Shown: positions 1 through 12,718 of the stretch, in pieces
Position numbering within the stretch: the stretch's first letter is position 1
Layout of the letters: every line of letters begins with the position of its first letter
Assembly (NCBI RefSeq): GCF_006345805.1
Contig: NC_043005.1
Location: 94,860,001-94,924,000, forward strand
DNA: 64,000 nt
Direction of reading: 5' to 3'
DNA from: Octopus sinensis
Taxonomy: Eukaryota
Program-made: the position numbers and the translations under genes
Notes under the pieces: generated by a model
Told to the model about the DNA's origin: nothing
What the model saw: only the letters and a program-made list of their open reading frames with translations
Database searches by the model: none

Positions 1-274
1 CTCTTCTGCCACTGACACCACCACCAACAACAAAAACAACAACAACAACAACTCCGTTCAGACCTGTTTTACTCCAACAACAAAAACTGAAGTAAATAAA
101 CAAAAAACTGTAACCACCAAACAAATTGACAAAAGCTACCCGACTACAGGGATAAATTATGAAAATAATTTTCCACCCCTTCCTACTTGCACAATCGAAC
201 CAAACACACCAATTTTACAAACTGCAGCCAACAACAACATCACCACCAGCAACAACAATAACAAAACAACAACA

Positions 275-1824
275 AATTTCGCTGAGGCGATTAAAGAAAA
301 AAAAACAACAATATATTTTACGGCTCAACAAATACAGGACACGAACATTACAATAACAGAATTAGATGGTATAGTGAAGATAAACATACCAGAAGAAATA
401 TTGGAAGATGAAAAAAAAAGAACAATTATTTATAAAATAATTAATAAGAAAACAAAAAGCCCAGAGAAGGCTACCACAAGCAAAATAGAAAAATGCTTGA
501 AACCCATCTGGAACTACAAAGACTATGTAACCTGGTGGAACAAGTTCGCCCACATACAAGTGGTTTTCCACACCGAAGAGTTAGCTAGACGTTTCTCAAC
601 GCTAACTCTTCATTCAGATGAACTCCAACTTACACCAAGCTATCGGGGACAGAAAGTGACTAAGATCACTTTAAACAATGTCCCCAAAATAGCTAATAAT
701 CTATGGCTTGTAAAGGCCTTATGTGTAAAAATGACAAATTTTACTATTTTAGAAACCACGGTCACGGAGCATAAAAACTGGGTGGGAAAAAAAGTAGAAT
801 TTCTTCTACATATACATCAAGAAGACATAAAAAAATTACCCACCCAGATATGTGTATCAGACGACCACAAGTTGTATGTGGTCGTCGATGGCAGAAGACC
901 ACGTTGCTACATATGCGGCAGTGAGCAACACCTAAACAAAGACTGCAAATCTGCCGCAAGAAAACAACAGCAACAACAACAGCAGCTGGAAAAAAACCCC
1001 AGATAAACCAGGTTTACTACCCACACCACGTTTTGCAGGAACAAACCTCACCAACCAAACAACCACACCAACTGCAGCACCAAGAACAGAAGCAACATCA
1101 CCAACAACAACAACCAAGAATAAACCAACTCCCAAACCAAGGACATCTGCCAAAAAGACACTCAGAGAAAATGAAGAAACAATTACAACTCCAAATCCCC
1201 ACAAAATTGAAACCCCAAACAACACAAAATACCCACACCCCACCTCCAAAGCCGCATACACCACAACCAAACGCTCACCAACCAACACCAACAACAAAAT
1301 CAACACAGTCGACAATAGACCCCAATATTTTCCCTCTTCAGGCTTTGATTCCTTTGATTTGTCATTAGACGAAGAAGACACGGAAGATTGGCAAATAGCC
1401 ACAGGGGGGAGAAGAAAAAGGGGAAAAAAAAGAAAAGAAAAAATAACATATAAAGCAGGAAGATACACCACTCCCGAAACAAAAACATCCACAGAAAACA
1501 AACACATCAACACAAACACACCATCATCAAACCCCCCCAACAATGTTGACAGCCATAAACACAAACAACCACGACCTAATGGAACACATTAGGTCAAACA
1601 CCAACATAACTGAAAACGACATAAAAACAAGTAACCATCCACACACAACACCACCACAACAGATTAAAATAATACACGTAACACAGAACACATACAGCAC
1701 CCTGAAATCTCTTTACCCTGATGCAGTAGGGATATTTCAAAAGTATTCATCGAAAAAACTGTACAAAAGCCTCATAGAAGAAGACCGTGAGGTGAAAGAC
1801 AAAGGACTTTCGAACAACAAGTAA
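275..1824 (+). pseudogene. ORF1 (gag-like nucleic-acid-binding protein) of Tx1 copy 1, frameshifted
   Basis: The frame of ORF 374-1006 extends upstream through NFAEAIKEKK and contains RPRCYICGSEQHLNKDC (CX2CX4HX4C). After frameshifts it continues through a Thr/Gln-rich linker, WQIATGGRRKR and a C-terminal block shared with copy 2. Confidence 0.85.
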
Positions 1825-1892
1825 CCTTTTCTCTCTCTCTCTTTCCTTTTTTGCACTTTCTTTTCGTGTGTAAAACACAATTTTATCGGAAC

Positions 1893-4800
1893 ATGCTCAG
1901 AATAGGCAGTATAAATGTACGTGGTTTGGGGTCGCCTTGGAAACAAGGCTACCTGTTAAATGACATCAAATAACTAAATCTGAATATCATAGCCAAATAA
2001 CTAAATCTGAATATCATAGCCACAGCTTGCGGGCACTCCAGCACATTTTCGGTACACATTTCAACATTTATTTTTCTCCGTTTCTACCGAGAATGGGCGG
2101 AGGTGGCACCGCGGTGCTTATCCGGAAGAGTCTGGATCTCAAAGTAAGAGCAAATTTCCTAGACCCGGAGGGTAGGCTGGTCGTTTTGGATATCGATGGC
2201 AGCAATGAGTGTGCTTTTCGACTGATAGCAGTTTATGCTCCGTCCTTAACAGGCCGACCAGATTTCTTTCGACGTCTAGAGTCTTTCATGGGAACGTCTC
2301 GTCCTTTACTTTTAGTGGGGGGTTGGAATGCCACCCTGGACACGCATCTAGACTATGTGGGCAGAGATAGCAATAGAAGGGGATGCAAATGCCTCAAAGA
2401 CCTGCTCAGACGTTTCCAACTGTCTGACAGATACCGACTGGACCACCCGAATGTGCCAATGTGGACATGGAGTAACCGTATCGGATCGTCCAGATCATAC
2501 TTAGATAGAGTATTCTGTAGGACAATAGATAAAAATAGTGTAGGTTGTCCACAATTTCATATAGTCAGTTACACAGATCACAAGTTTGTGACTTGTACAC
2601 TTGACTTAGATAAGACACATAGGCAGGGTCCTGGTTACTGGAAACTGAACGCGTCTTTTACAGCACGACAGGTTTACAGGGACCGGATCAGCACATTAGT
2701 TAAGAGAGCTTTGACGGGTACCATCATCAACAACAGATGGTGGTATGCCCCCCAAAAAGCAATTAAAGCAGAATCAGTCAGATACAGTAGAGCCCTAGCA
2801 TTAGACCGAAATAGAATAGAGGGAGAATTAGTTAAGGTTTTAGAAGAGGCACTTAGAACTGGCATCGCGTCCAACGTGCTGGCGGCGAGATTGGCCCTCG
2901 ACCAACACCTCAACGCCAAACACGAGGGATGCGTTGTCAGAGCTAGGATGCGTGCTCTGAGGAACGAAGGAGTTGGAGCCGCCCAAGAGGCCCGAGTGGT
3001 GGAGACGCAACGAGGCAACAGAGCCACCATCAATTCTCTTATAGATGAACAGGGGCGCGAATTGCTCGAGCCTAAAAGGATGTGTGGGGCTTTTCAACAA
3101 CACTTCACCAAACTGTTTGGGACAAGTGGTGGGTCAGAACGCAGAGTGGACTTTAGTGTCTACCTGCATGCCTTGCCACGACTCTCAGCAAGAGAGGTGG
3201 AGTCTTGTGAAAGGCCTATCACAGCTGCGGACGTACAGGATGCGATGGGGGGGCTGCGCGAGAGACAAGTCACCAGGCTTGGATGGTCTGCCCTACGAAC
3301 TTTATTGTCATATGCCAGATTGTTTGGAGGCGTCTTGGCAGCTGTCTACTGCAACTAGCAGCAAAACGGGAGTATTCTTGCTTTTGTAAAGCGAGGAGCA
3401 GTGGCACTGATTAAGAAAGACCCAAACAAGGGAGACGTCATAGATAATTTCAGGCCCATCACTCTGCTCAACGCAGATTTGAAAATTTTGGCCAAGGTGT
3501 TAGCCGAGAGGTTGGCGCTTGTCATCAAGAAACTAATCGACAAGGCGCAAACATGCGCCGTGCCGGGTAGAAGTATTCATGACAACCTCCATCTGATGCG
3601 CTACATCATAGACAGGGTAGTTAAGAATCCTGGCATGGGTGGGGCGCTGATCAATTTGGATCAATCAAAAGCTTTCGATAGGGTAGACCATCACTACTTG
3701 GAGGCTGTCCATAAAGCGGCTGGTTTCGGTCCACTTTTCCGCTCAGTAGTTCGCGTAAATGGTCATCTATCCAGATCTTTTAACATCATGCGTTCGGTTC
3801 GGCAGGGATGCCCCCTCTCATCGCTGTTGTATGTATTCACTCTTGAGCCACTACTGCGGAAACTGGCGACACTGAGGGGCATCCCACGAGAGCTGGGATG
3901 CGGGAGGAGCGTATCTGCATACGCGGATGACGTCGCCGTCATAGTGTCGAGCTACAAGCACATCGAGCTGGTCGGCGAGACACTAAAAGAATACGAAGTG
4001 GTAACGGGAGCAAAAATTAACCGGGAAAAGTCAGTGGGCTTGCGGCTCGGCACCTGGAGAAGCAGGCCCATGCCGTCCAACAGCGTCTCCATCGTGGGAC
4101 GCTGGACGGACGGACCGGTTAAATTGCTCGGGGTCTGGTTCGGTCCGGACCTCCAAATGGAGAAGAACTGGGGTGAGATAACGACTAGGGTGGCTACTCT
4201 CACCCAGAAATGGGCTGAGAGAAAGCTATCCCTAAAAGGTCGGGCGGAGGTGGCGAACGCGTACATCGCATCCGTCATCGAGTATCGTCTGACCGTCGTG
4301 CCTTGTCCCGACCCTACCATCACCAAACTGGAACGTATACTCTTCCGCTTCCTGTGGAAGGGAAACGTTCCGATGGTTAGGCGATCCATTTGCTGTCAAC
4401 ACCCGCTAAATGGAGGGCTGGGCATGCCGTGGTTGATGATGCGCAGACATGCGCTGAGACTGCGATATCTCCGGCGCTTCATAGACAATGGTGAACAGGT
4501 GTGGTCGCCTTTTGTGCGGCGCGCTTTCCCGCAGCTCGTCTTCTTGGACGAACTACAGTCATGGATCAAGCAGAGGCCGAGGCTAGGCGAATGGCACCGC
4601 GAGTGCCGCGTTGCTCTCAAGCAACTCTGCCGTCCGGGATCGAACTTGTGCGACTCCATCACAACAAAGGCATTCTATAGAGGATTAGTGGAGGGGAGGT
4701 GCGACGACGAACTCGGGCAGAGTCTGGGCGTCGACGAGGAACACCTGACCCGCCTGTTCAGGACAACTTTCGGCCCGGGACCTATGAACAATCACCAAAG

Positions 4801-5303
4801 ATCCCTGGCCTGGCAGTGCAATCGAGAAGCATTACCTGTTCGGGATAAGCTCTACAGACACGGTTCCAGACACACTGGACCGACTTGCCCGAGATGCGGT
4901 CAGAACGACGAAACCATTCTGCACGCACTCGTGCAATGTCCAACCACTTCAGACCTGTGGGCTTATGCCGAACGGCTGCTGTCACGTGTGGGACGAGTCC
5001 GCCTATCGGCCGAATCTATCGTTAATTTATTGCTCCGCCCCCTTCCCTCAACCGGGAAGGCAAGGCAGTTTTCATCGTACTGGTGGCCATGGTGAAAGAA
5101 TGTGTGTGGTGAACCCGAGCGAAAGGATTAGAGACAAACACCTCTCTGGCCAGTCGCTCATCAACTTTTTCAAGTACCACTTGAAAAGGAAGGTGAGAAT
5201 GGAGAGGGAAGTTTTGTCTCGCGAAAGATTCAAAAAAAGATGGGTGAATGTTGCAAAGATGGTGCGTGCGAGTGACGAAACCATTTTGAGCATGACCCTG
5301 TAA
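1893..5303 (+). pseudogene. ORF2 (APE endonuclease + RT + CCHC) of Tx1 copy 1, disrupted
   Basis: Starts MLRIGSINVRG. GDWN is mutated to GGWN. Contains YLDRVF/TDH, NFRPITLLN, LDQSKAFDRV, RQGCPLS, YADDV, GGLGMP and CPRCGQNDETILHALVQC. Disabled by a 27-bp tandem duplication (1968-2021), a stop at 3356-3358 and frameshifts. Confidence 0.93.
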
Positions 5304-5693
5304 ATCGTAAAAAAGAAAGAGAGAGAGCATTTTGCTCTCATGTGGTTATTTCCTCCCTGACTGAGGTTCCCGTGGTCTTTTCTGTAGGCTTTTCTTCCCA
5401 CGGATGAACCCAATCTTGTTTTATCGATGTTTCTTATCAATGTTTCTGTGATACACGATTTTTTTTTGCCTCCTTTAGATCCCTTTTGATCGCAATCTTG
5501 CATTTATTTTCCTTTTTTTCCACGCTCGAAAAGAAAAGCTCTACATTTGTATTTCTCCCCTCTGTATTCAGCCCTGTGTGGCTAATAAAAGAAAGAAAGT
5601 TATCTATCTATCTATCTCGATCGATAGCATTCATTGAAAGATCGGCTCGTAAGTCAATTGCTTCTTTTATTGTGCTTTTGAAAAAGTTTCGTT

Positions 5694-5725
5694 TCAGTTC
5701 TTGCACACGGAGTGTGTAAGACGCC
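5694..5725 (+). promoter_or_regulatory. Candidate internal Pol II promoter (Inr-like TCAGTT plus downstream AGACG) at the 5' end of Tx1 copy 2
   Basis: TCAGTT at 5694-5699 and AGACG at 5719-5723 resemble the Inr+DPE promoters of invertebrate LINEs, but the spacing is about 4 nt shorter than canonical. Confidence 0.3.
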
Positions 5726-5996
5726 CAGCTTTCGTCTGGGTGGGTTTTCCAGAGGGGAATTTGCCCCTAGGGGCAATTTCAACCGTGATTATAAATCAAA
5801 AATTTTGTTTCCATAGCTTGTTTTCACACAATGTCGCCGAAGCGTTCCTCATAACGCAAAGACGCTGTTCTCTCTCTCTCTCTCTGTTGCATCCATTTGT
5901 TTACGTTTTACATTTTCGGAGTTTTTCAACTTTTCAAACGCCCAGCTTTCGTTTGGGTGTTTTTTAAATGTAGAATTCGCCCCTAGGGGCATTTTC
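5721..5996 (+). repeat. Duplicated about 60-bp double-hairpin motif in the 5' UTR of Tx1 copy 2
   Basis: ACGCCCAGCTTTCGT(C/T)TGGGTG ... GCCCCTAGGGGCA occurs at 5721-5780 and again at 5938-5996. The intervening sequence is unrelated. Confidence 0.8.
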
Positions 5997-6029
5997 ATCA
6001 ATTGATTTTTATTTTTCTCGAAAAAAAAA

Positions 6030-7979
6030 ATGTCGAGAAATTTTATCGTAGCACAATATTCTACGATTTTTTCTAAGGAGGATTCCCCTGTTTTGGAAAA
6101 GACAGTCAACAAAGACGTTGATATAAAGAAAGATAAAACTGAAATCAACACCACCACTACCAACACCAATGATAGAACTAACACTGACACAACAACCGTT
6201 AACAACACCAACAAGAATAACAACAACAAAAATGAAGTAAATATAAACGACCACGATGTTTCGCAAGATTTGATTATCTCACCTAATGGTGAAGATAATA
6301 TTAACATGACAAAATTAACAGTACCTGAAAAAGCTACAAACACTACAACAACCAACAATAATTCTGATACAACAACCAACAATAATTCTGATACAACAAC
6401 AACAAAAACACACAACGACAACAACTGCCAGAGAGAACTCTGAATTTCGCTGACACCCTGCGTCAGAAAAAAGAAATTATACAGTTCACAAATGAAGAGT
6501 TGGTGTCGACAAGATCACTCTTCACAACTTCAGGGCAAAATTTAATTCTACACACACCACAGCATGTGAAAGAAGATGTGGAGAAGAGAACAATTTTATA
6601 TAGAATTATAAAAAAAAAATTTAAAAAAAAAACAGAACAGGTAACAAAAGCAGACATTGAAAAATGTGCCAAGAATATTATGAAGATAAAACAATACATA
6701 AACTGGGGTCCCCAGTTTAATACAGTGGTGGTCCGCTTCCATAATCAGGAAGAAGCAAAAGCTCACTCTACAGAAACACTACAAAATGATGAACTCATAA
6801 TGATTCCGTATTACAGAGGCCAAAGAGTAAGCAAAATAAGAATAAAAAATGTCCCGCCGGAAATCCCACCCAAATGGATAACATCGGCGATATGTTATCA
6901 TTTAAAATCAATAAACATTTTGGAAATCGCCGTGTTCAAAAATGATAATCGGAGTGGTAAATTGATAGAGGTCAACCTTCAAATCGATGGGTCCTCTATC
7001 GAAAACCTACCCAATATCATATACTTGGAATATAGGCAAAGCCTATATGTGGTAGCAGAAGGCAAAAAGCCAAGATGCTACAGCTGTGGCAGCCCAGAAC
7101 ACTTAATTGCAAAGTGCGTTCTCGGACAGAAAAAACAAGAAAAAACAAATCAGAAAACAAATAAAAAACCTCTGCTACCAACACCACCAAACCCACAACT
7201 GATGCAAGAATTAAATAGAAATATGGAACAATGCCAAGAACAACAACAAACTAGCAAACAAACCCCAACAACATCACCAAGAAAAGAAACAGCACCAAAA
7301 CAATTACTGTTGATGTCGCTGCCAAATAAAGAAACGAAACCACAACCAACATCAAAAGACAGACCAACACCAGCACCAAGGACGACAACTAAGAAAACAG
7401 ATAACAGTGACGAGAAGACAAATTCTACCCCTAACACCACAACAACACAAACACCGCACAAAACAACAACACTTTCTACAAACATACACATTAACGCAAA
7501 TGCTTTGCCCTTACCCCCTTCTGATTCGTCAGACTCTTCGTCCAACGACGAAAGTTCGACGGAATGGCAAATAGCCACAGGGGGTAAAAGGAAAAGATCA
7601 AAAAAGTCCACCAAACAAGCAAGTAAAGCAGGGATATTTAACTCCTGACAGCCCCACCTTAGACAATCAAAACATCAATGAACCCACAAAACCACACACA
7701 CATATAACAACAATAGACACACAATAAAAAACTAATGGAATACATTGCATCCAACGCAAACATCTGTGAAGATAACTTTAAAGTAAATAATCATCCACGC
7801 ACTACACCACCGAAACACATAAGAATTGTACACATAACACAAACACAGCACCATACACTGAAAACCAAATTTCCAAATGCGGTCGAGGGGGTTTCAAAAA
7901 TACTAGTCGAAAAAACTCTATAAACACCTCCTCAAAGACATTTCAAAAGAAGAATAAAAAACTCAAACTTTCGAAATGA
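6030..7979 (+). pseudogene. ORF1 of Tx1 copy 2, frameshifted
   Basis: Thr/Asn-rich N-terminus (TTTNNNSD twice), NFADTLRQKK, KPRCYSCGSPEHLIAKC knuckle, EWQIATGGKRKR, and a C-terminal NNHPRTTPP block homologous to copy 1. Confidence 0.85.
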
Positions 7980-8053
7980 GTTAGTGACCTTCCCTCTTGC
8001 CTCTTGTCTCATTCAATGTAGTGTGTGAAACACAAATTTCTTAAATATCAATT

Positions 8054-10939
8054 ATGCTTAAATTAGGTTGTGTGAATGTGCGTTGCTTGGCGTCGGCTTG
8101 GAAGCAAGGTTACCTTCTAAACGACATCAAGTCACTGAACGTGGATATAGTTGCTATTAGTGAAACCAGATTCAGCAAGCCGTGGGCCCTCGCGTCCATG
8201 TTTGGCGATCAATTCGACATTTATTTTTCTCCCTGTCTGCCGAACATGGGTGGTGAGGGTACCGCGGTGCTTTTTTGAAAGAGTCTAAATATAAAAGTAA
8301 GAACAACAATCCTAGACCCGGAGGGTAGGCTGTTTGTCTTGGACGTGGATGGCAGAAATGGGCGTGCATTCTGTCTGATGGCAGTTTATGCACCGTCCTT
8401 AACGGGTCGGGCGGATTTCTTCAGACGTCTAGAGGTTTTCCTGAGTACGTCTAGACCTTTACTGTTAGTAGGGGATTGGAACGCTACCTTGGACACGTAT
8501 CTAAACTATGTGGGAATGGATAGGAATAGAAGGGGGTGTAAGTGCCTCAAAGACCTGCTCAGACGTTTCCATTTGTCTGACAGGTTCCGACTCGACCATC
8601 CGAACGTGCCAACGTGGACTTGGACAAACCGCGTCGGATCGTCGAGATCTTATCTAGATAGAATTCTATGCAGGACAGAGTATAGGGATAGTGGAGGATG
8701 TCCACAATTTAAAATAGTCAGCTACACAGATCACAAATTTGTGACGTGTACGCTCGACTTAGATATGACACATAGACAGGGTCCCGGTTACTGGAAACTG
8801 AAAACGTCGCTCTTAGCGCGACAGGTTTACAGGAACCGGATTAGCGAGTTAATTAAGAGGGCGTTGGCGGGAGCCGTCGTTAACAACCGCTGGTGGTTCG
8901 CCCTGAAAATGGCAATAAAATCGGAATCAATTAGGTTTAGCAAGGAATTAACGATAGATCGAAATAGAGTAGAGGGAGATTTGGTTAAGAAACTAGAAGA
9001 GGCACTTACCACTGGCAGCGCAACCAATGTACTGGCTGCGAGGATGGCCCTCGACCAACACCTCAACGCCAAACACGAAGGTTGCGTTGTCAGAGATAAA
9101 ATGCGTGCCTTAAGGAACGAAGGGATCGAAGCTGCGCGAGAGGCCCGGGTATCGGAGGCGCAACGTGGCAACAGAACCACCACTCGGTCTCTAATAGATC
9201 AACAAGGATGCAGTTTACTCGAACTCGAAAGGATGTGTGAGGCCTTTCAACAGCACTTTGCTCGACTATTTGGTGCGAGTGGTGGGTCGGAACGTGGGAT
9301 GGATTTCAGGGCCTACCTGACCGACCTGCCGCGGCTCTCGACAAGAGAAGCGGAGTGTTGTGAAAGTCCCATCACAGCCGCTGACGTGCGTGATTCGATG
9401 GCGGGCTGCGCGAGGGATAAGTCGCCTGGATTGGATGGTCTACCCTACGAGCTGTATTGTCAAATGCCAGACTTGTTTGGCGACCTCTTGGCATCAGTCT
9501 ACTGCAACTGGCAACAAAACGGGAGAATCCCCGGTTTCGTGAGCCGAGGTGCAGTGACGTTGCTGAAGAAAGACCCAAACAAGGGGAATTTTATAGATAA
9601 TTTCAGGCTCATCACTCTGCTCAACGCAGATTTGAAAATTTTGGCCAAAGTAATAGCCGAGAAGTTGGTGCTTGTCATTGGTAAACTGGTCGACAGGGCG
9701 CAAACATGCGCCGTGCCGGGCAGAACCATACATGACAACCTCCATCTGATGCGCTACATTGTGGGCAGGGTAGTTAAGGATCCTTTGCATGGGAGGGGCG
9801 CTGATCAATTTGGATCAGTCTAAAGCCTTCGATAGGGTCGACCATCAGTACTTGGCGGCCATCTCAGGGCGGCTAGTTTCGGTCCCGTCTTCCGCGGTTG
9901 GATCGCTACCTTGTATAGCGGCATCCGATCGGTGATTAGGGTGAACGGTCACCTGTCGGAGGTGGCGAAAACGTACATTGCATCCGTCATCGATGACCGC
10001 CTTGTCCCGACGCTACCATCACCAAACTGGAACGCATACTCTTCCACTTTCTGTGGAAGGGTGGCGTTCCGATGTTGAGGCGGTCCATTTGCTGTCAACA
10101 TCCGTTGAATGGAGGACTGGGCATGCCGTGGTTGATGATGCGCAGGCATGCGCTGAGACTGCGACATCTCTGGAACTTTATCGATGACGGTGAACAGCAA
10201 ACGTGGATCAAGAAGAGACCAAAACTGGGCGATTGGCACCGAGAGTGTCGCCAAGCTCTACAGCAGCTCTGCCGACCGGGGTCAAACTTGTGCAACTTAC
10301 ACACGACTAAAGCGTTCTATAGAGGACTAGTGGAGGGGAGGTCCGACGACACACTCGGGGCAAGCCTGGGCGTCGACGAGAAATTCCTGACCCGCCTTTT
10401 CAGGACGACGTTCGGGCCGGGGCCTATGGATAACTTCCAGAAATCCCTGGCTTGGCAAAGCTATCGAGACGCACTACCTGTTCGAGAGAAGAGCTACAGG
10501 CACGGTTCGAAAACCATCACCGGACCGACCTGCCCGAGATGCGGTCAGAACGACGAAACCGTTCTGCACGCACTCGTGCAGTGTCCAGATATTTCAGAGC
10601 TGTGGGGACCTTCGTCGAACAGCTGTTGTTGCGTGTAGGACGGGCCGCTTATCGGCCGAGTCTATCGTAAATATTGTTCCACCACCTTCCTTTAAACGGG
10701 AAGGGAAAATGGTTTTCGTACACTGATGGCTATGGCGAAAGAATGTGCGTTTGAAAGCGCTACAAACAAACACCTTCCTCTCTGGTCAGTCTGTCGTCAA
10801 CTTTTTCAAGTACCACTTGAAAAGGAGGATGGGAATAGAGAGGAAGGCTTTGTCGAACGAATGTTTCAAAACAAAGTGGGTAAAAGTGGCAAAAATGGTC
10901 AGTATGAAAGACGACGCCATTTTAAGCGTAAAACTGTAA
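8054..10939 (+). pseudogene. ORF2 of Tx1 copy 2, with internal deletion of the RT catalytic core
   Basis: Contains MLKLGCVNVR, ISETR, GDWNATL, YLDRIL/TDH and CPRCGQNDETVLHALVQC. At about 9960 the sequence jumps from the equivalent of copy-1 position about 3770 to about 4245, removing QGCPLS and YADD. Stops and frameshifts are present. Confidence 0.92.
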
Positions 10940-11220
10940 CCAAAAGAGACAACGAGAGGTAAGGTGACTTACTCATGTGTTCATTTTCGAACTGTCTGGG
11001 GTGACCTTGGTCTTTTTTGTAGGTTTTTCTTTCCAAGGCTACACCTAAACTGTGAACTTTATATATATTGCTTTTTATACACCACATAACCCACAGATCC
11101 CTATTGATCGAACGTTTTTTCTTTGTGTGTCCCACCCATCCCACCTCGGAAAGAAAAAACTCTACATTGTATTTCGTCCAATTTTTCTGTGTTTAGCCCT
11201 GTGTGGCCACAATAAAAAGT

Positions 11221-11349
11221 TATCTATCTATCTATCTTTCTATGTATGTATGTATGTATGTATGTATGTATGTATGTATGTATGTATGTATGTATGTATC
11301 TATCTATCTATCTATCTATCTATCATTATATATATATGTATAAATGTGA

Positions 11350-11427
<78 letters not shown>

Positions 11428-11430
11428 TTC
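11221..11430. repeat. Compound microsatellite (TATC)n-(TATG)n-(TATC)n-(TA)n-(TG)n
   Basis: Read directly from the sequence; it abuts the 3' end of Tx1 copy 2. Confidence 0.95.
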
Positions 11431-11843
11431 ATATATATATATATGTGTGTTTCTGTGGACGCGCCCGCGCGTGTGTGTACTTAGCCCGCTGTTCAAATTT
11501 CCCTTTCATCTTTCAAGATTGAATCAAATAAGTTCAATGTTTGTGAATTCTATGTAGTATTGATAGATTCCAGTAATGTATCTATCTTTCTTTACTATCA
11601 TCCTATTTTAACGTATTTTCTGCAGTATATCTGAGTTCTTCACTGCACCACTAAGGGCAATTTTGCGCTCCTTCAGGGTGTATGAATATTATGGGATTTG
11701 TTTTATGCTGTCTTGTATCTATGTTTCTTTTTCGCGATGACATATTTGATAAAATTAGATTATTGTATTTAAGTAAGCACTGTATGGGTTCTGATATATT
11801 ATTGAGAGATAGACTATGTACCGTGCTAGTTATGTAGTAAATG

Positions 11844-12085
<242 letters not shown>

Positions 12086-12234
12086 CTTGCAAACCAAATT
12101 CAGAATGGAATATATATATATGTATATCTATCGAAAAAAATAGGCCTTCCATTTCATTCTCCTCAGAACATTTTGTTTTGTATATATTGTGCGATTTGTG
12201 TAATGATACTAAGAGATGCTGTGAACTGGTATTC

Positions 12235-12520
12235 TGTCGGTTGCGACGACGAGGGTTCCAGTTGATCCGATCAATAGAACAGCCAGTTCACGAAATTAAC
12301 GTACAAGTGGCAGAGCACTCCACAGACACGTGTGCCCTTAGCATAGTTCTTAGGGACATTCAACACGACACAGAATAGGACAAGACCAACCCCTTGAATT
12401 ACAGGTACAACTCATTTTTGTCTGCTGAGTGGACTGGAGCAACGTGAAATAAAGAGTCTGCTCAAGGATACAACGCGCCACCGGGAATCGAACTCACGAT
12501 CTTACAATAGTGACCTTACG
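12235..12520 (-). mobile_element. tRNA-derived SINE, family 1
   Basis: The minus strand has a B-box (GTTCGATTCCC) followed by a CORE-like TGTATCCTTGAGCAGAC box. It is homologous to 35228-35475 and 47228-47552. Confidence 0.8.
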
Positions 12521-12718
12521 ATGGGGAGCTTTTTGTGGTGTAGAATGTTTGCTGTATGAGTTATGATAATGAGAAGCCAGAGTGTAAAACAATCGTTACA
12601 TAAGTCATGTTATTGTATTGAGAGGCGAATGTATAGAATATTATGTTGTAGTCTTGGCCGATGATTGTGTATAATATGCGCTCTGAGAATTTAAAGCGGT
12701 GAGTTTGTAGAATCATAA

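Larger units (their letters stand above)
1..5617 (+). mobile_element. Tx1/L1-clade non-LTR retrotransposon, copy 1 (degenerate; 5' end lies outside the window)
   Basis: ORF1 with CCHC zinc knuckle, ORF2 with APE endonuclease, RT (QGCPLS, YADD) and C-terminal CCHC finger, then 3' UTR, AATAAA at 5584-5589 and a (TATC)n tail at 5600-5617. Confidence 0.92.
5620..11237 (+). mobile_element. Tx1/L1-clade non-LTR retrotransposon, copy 2 (apparently full length, different subfamily, RT core deleted)
   Basis: 5' UTR, ORF1 with zinc knuckle, ORF2 clearly homologous to copy 1, AATAAA at 11211-11216 and a (TATC)n tail from 11221. The exact 5' boundary (5620 versus about 5694) is uncertain. Confidence 0.92.

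Noticed and set aside
5721-5790. Possible HDV-like ribozyme in the Tx1 5' UTR
   Set aside because: The loop CTTTCGT lacks the C residues needed for P1.1, and I found no upstream P1 or matching P2 strand.
762-10304. Minus-strand ORFs over the Tx1 elements, and similar antisense ORFs over the other LINEs
   Set aside because: Shadow frames of the sense ORFs, with no recognisable motifs.
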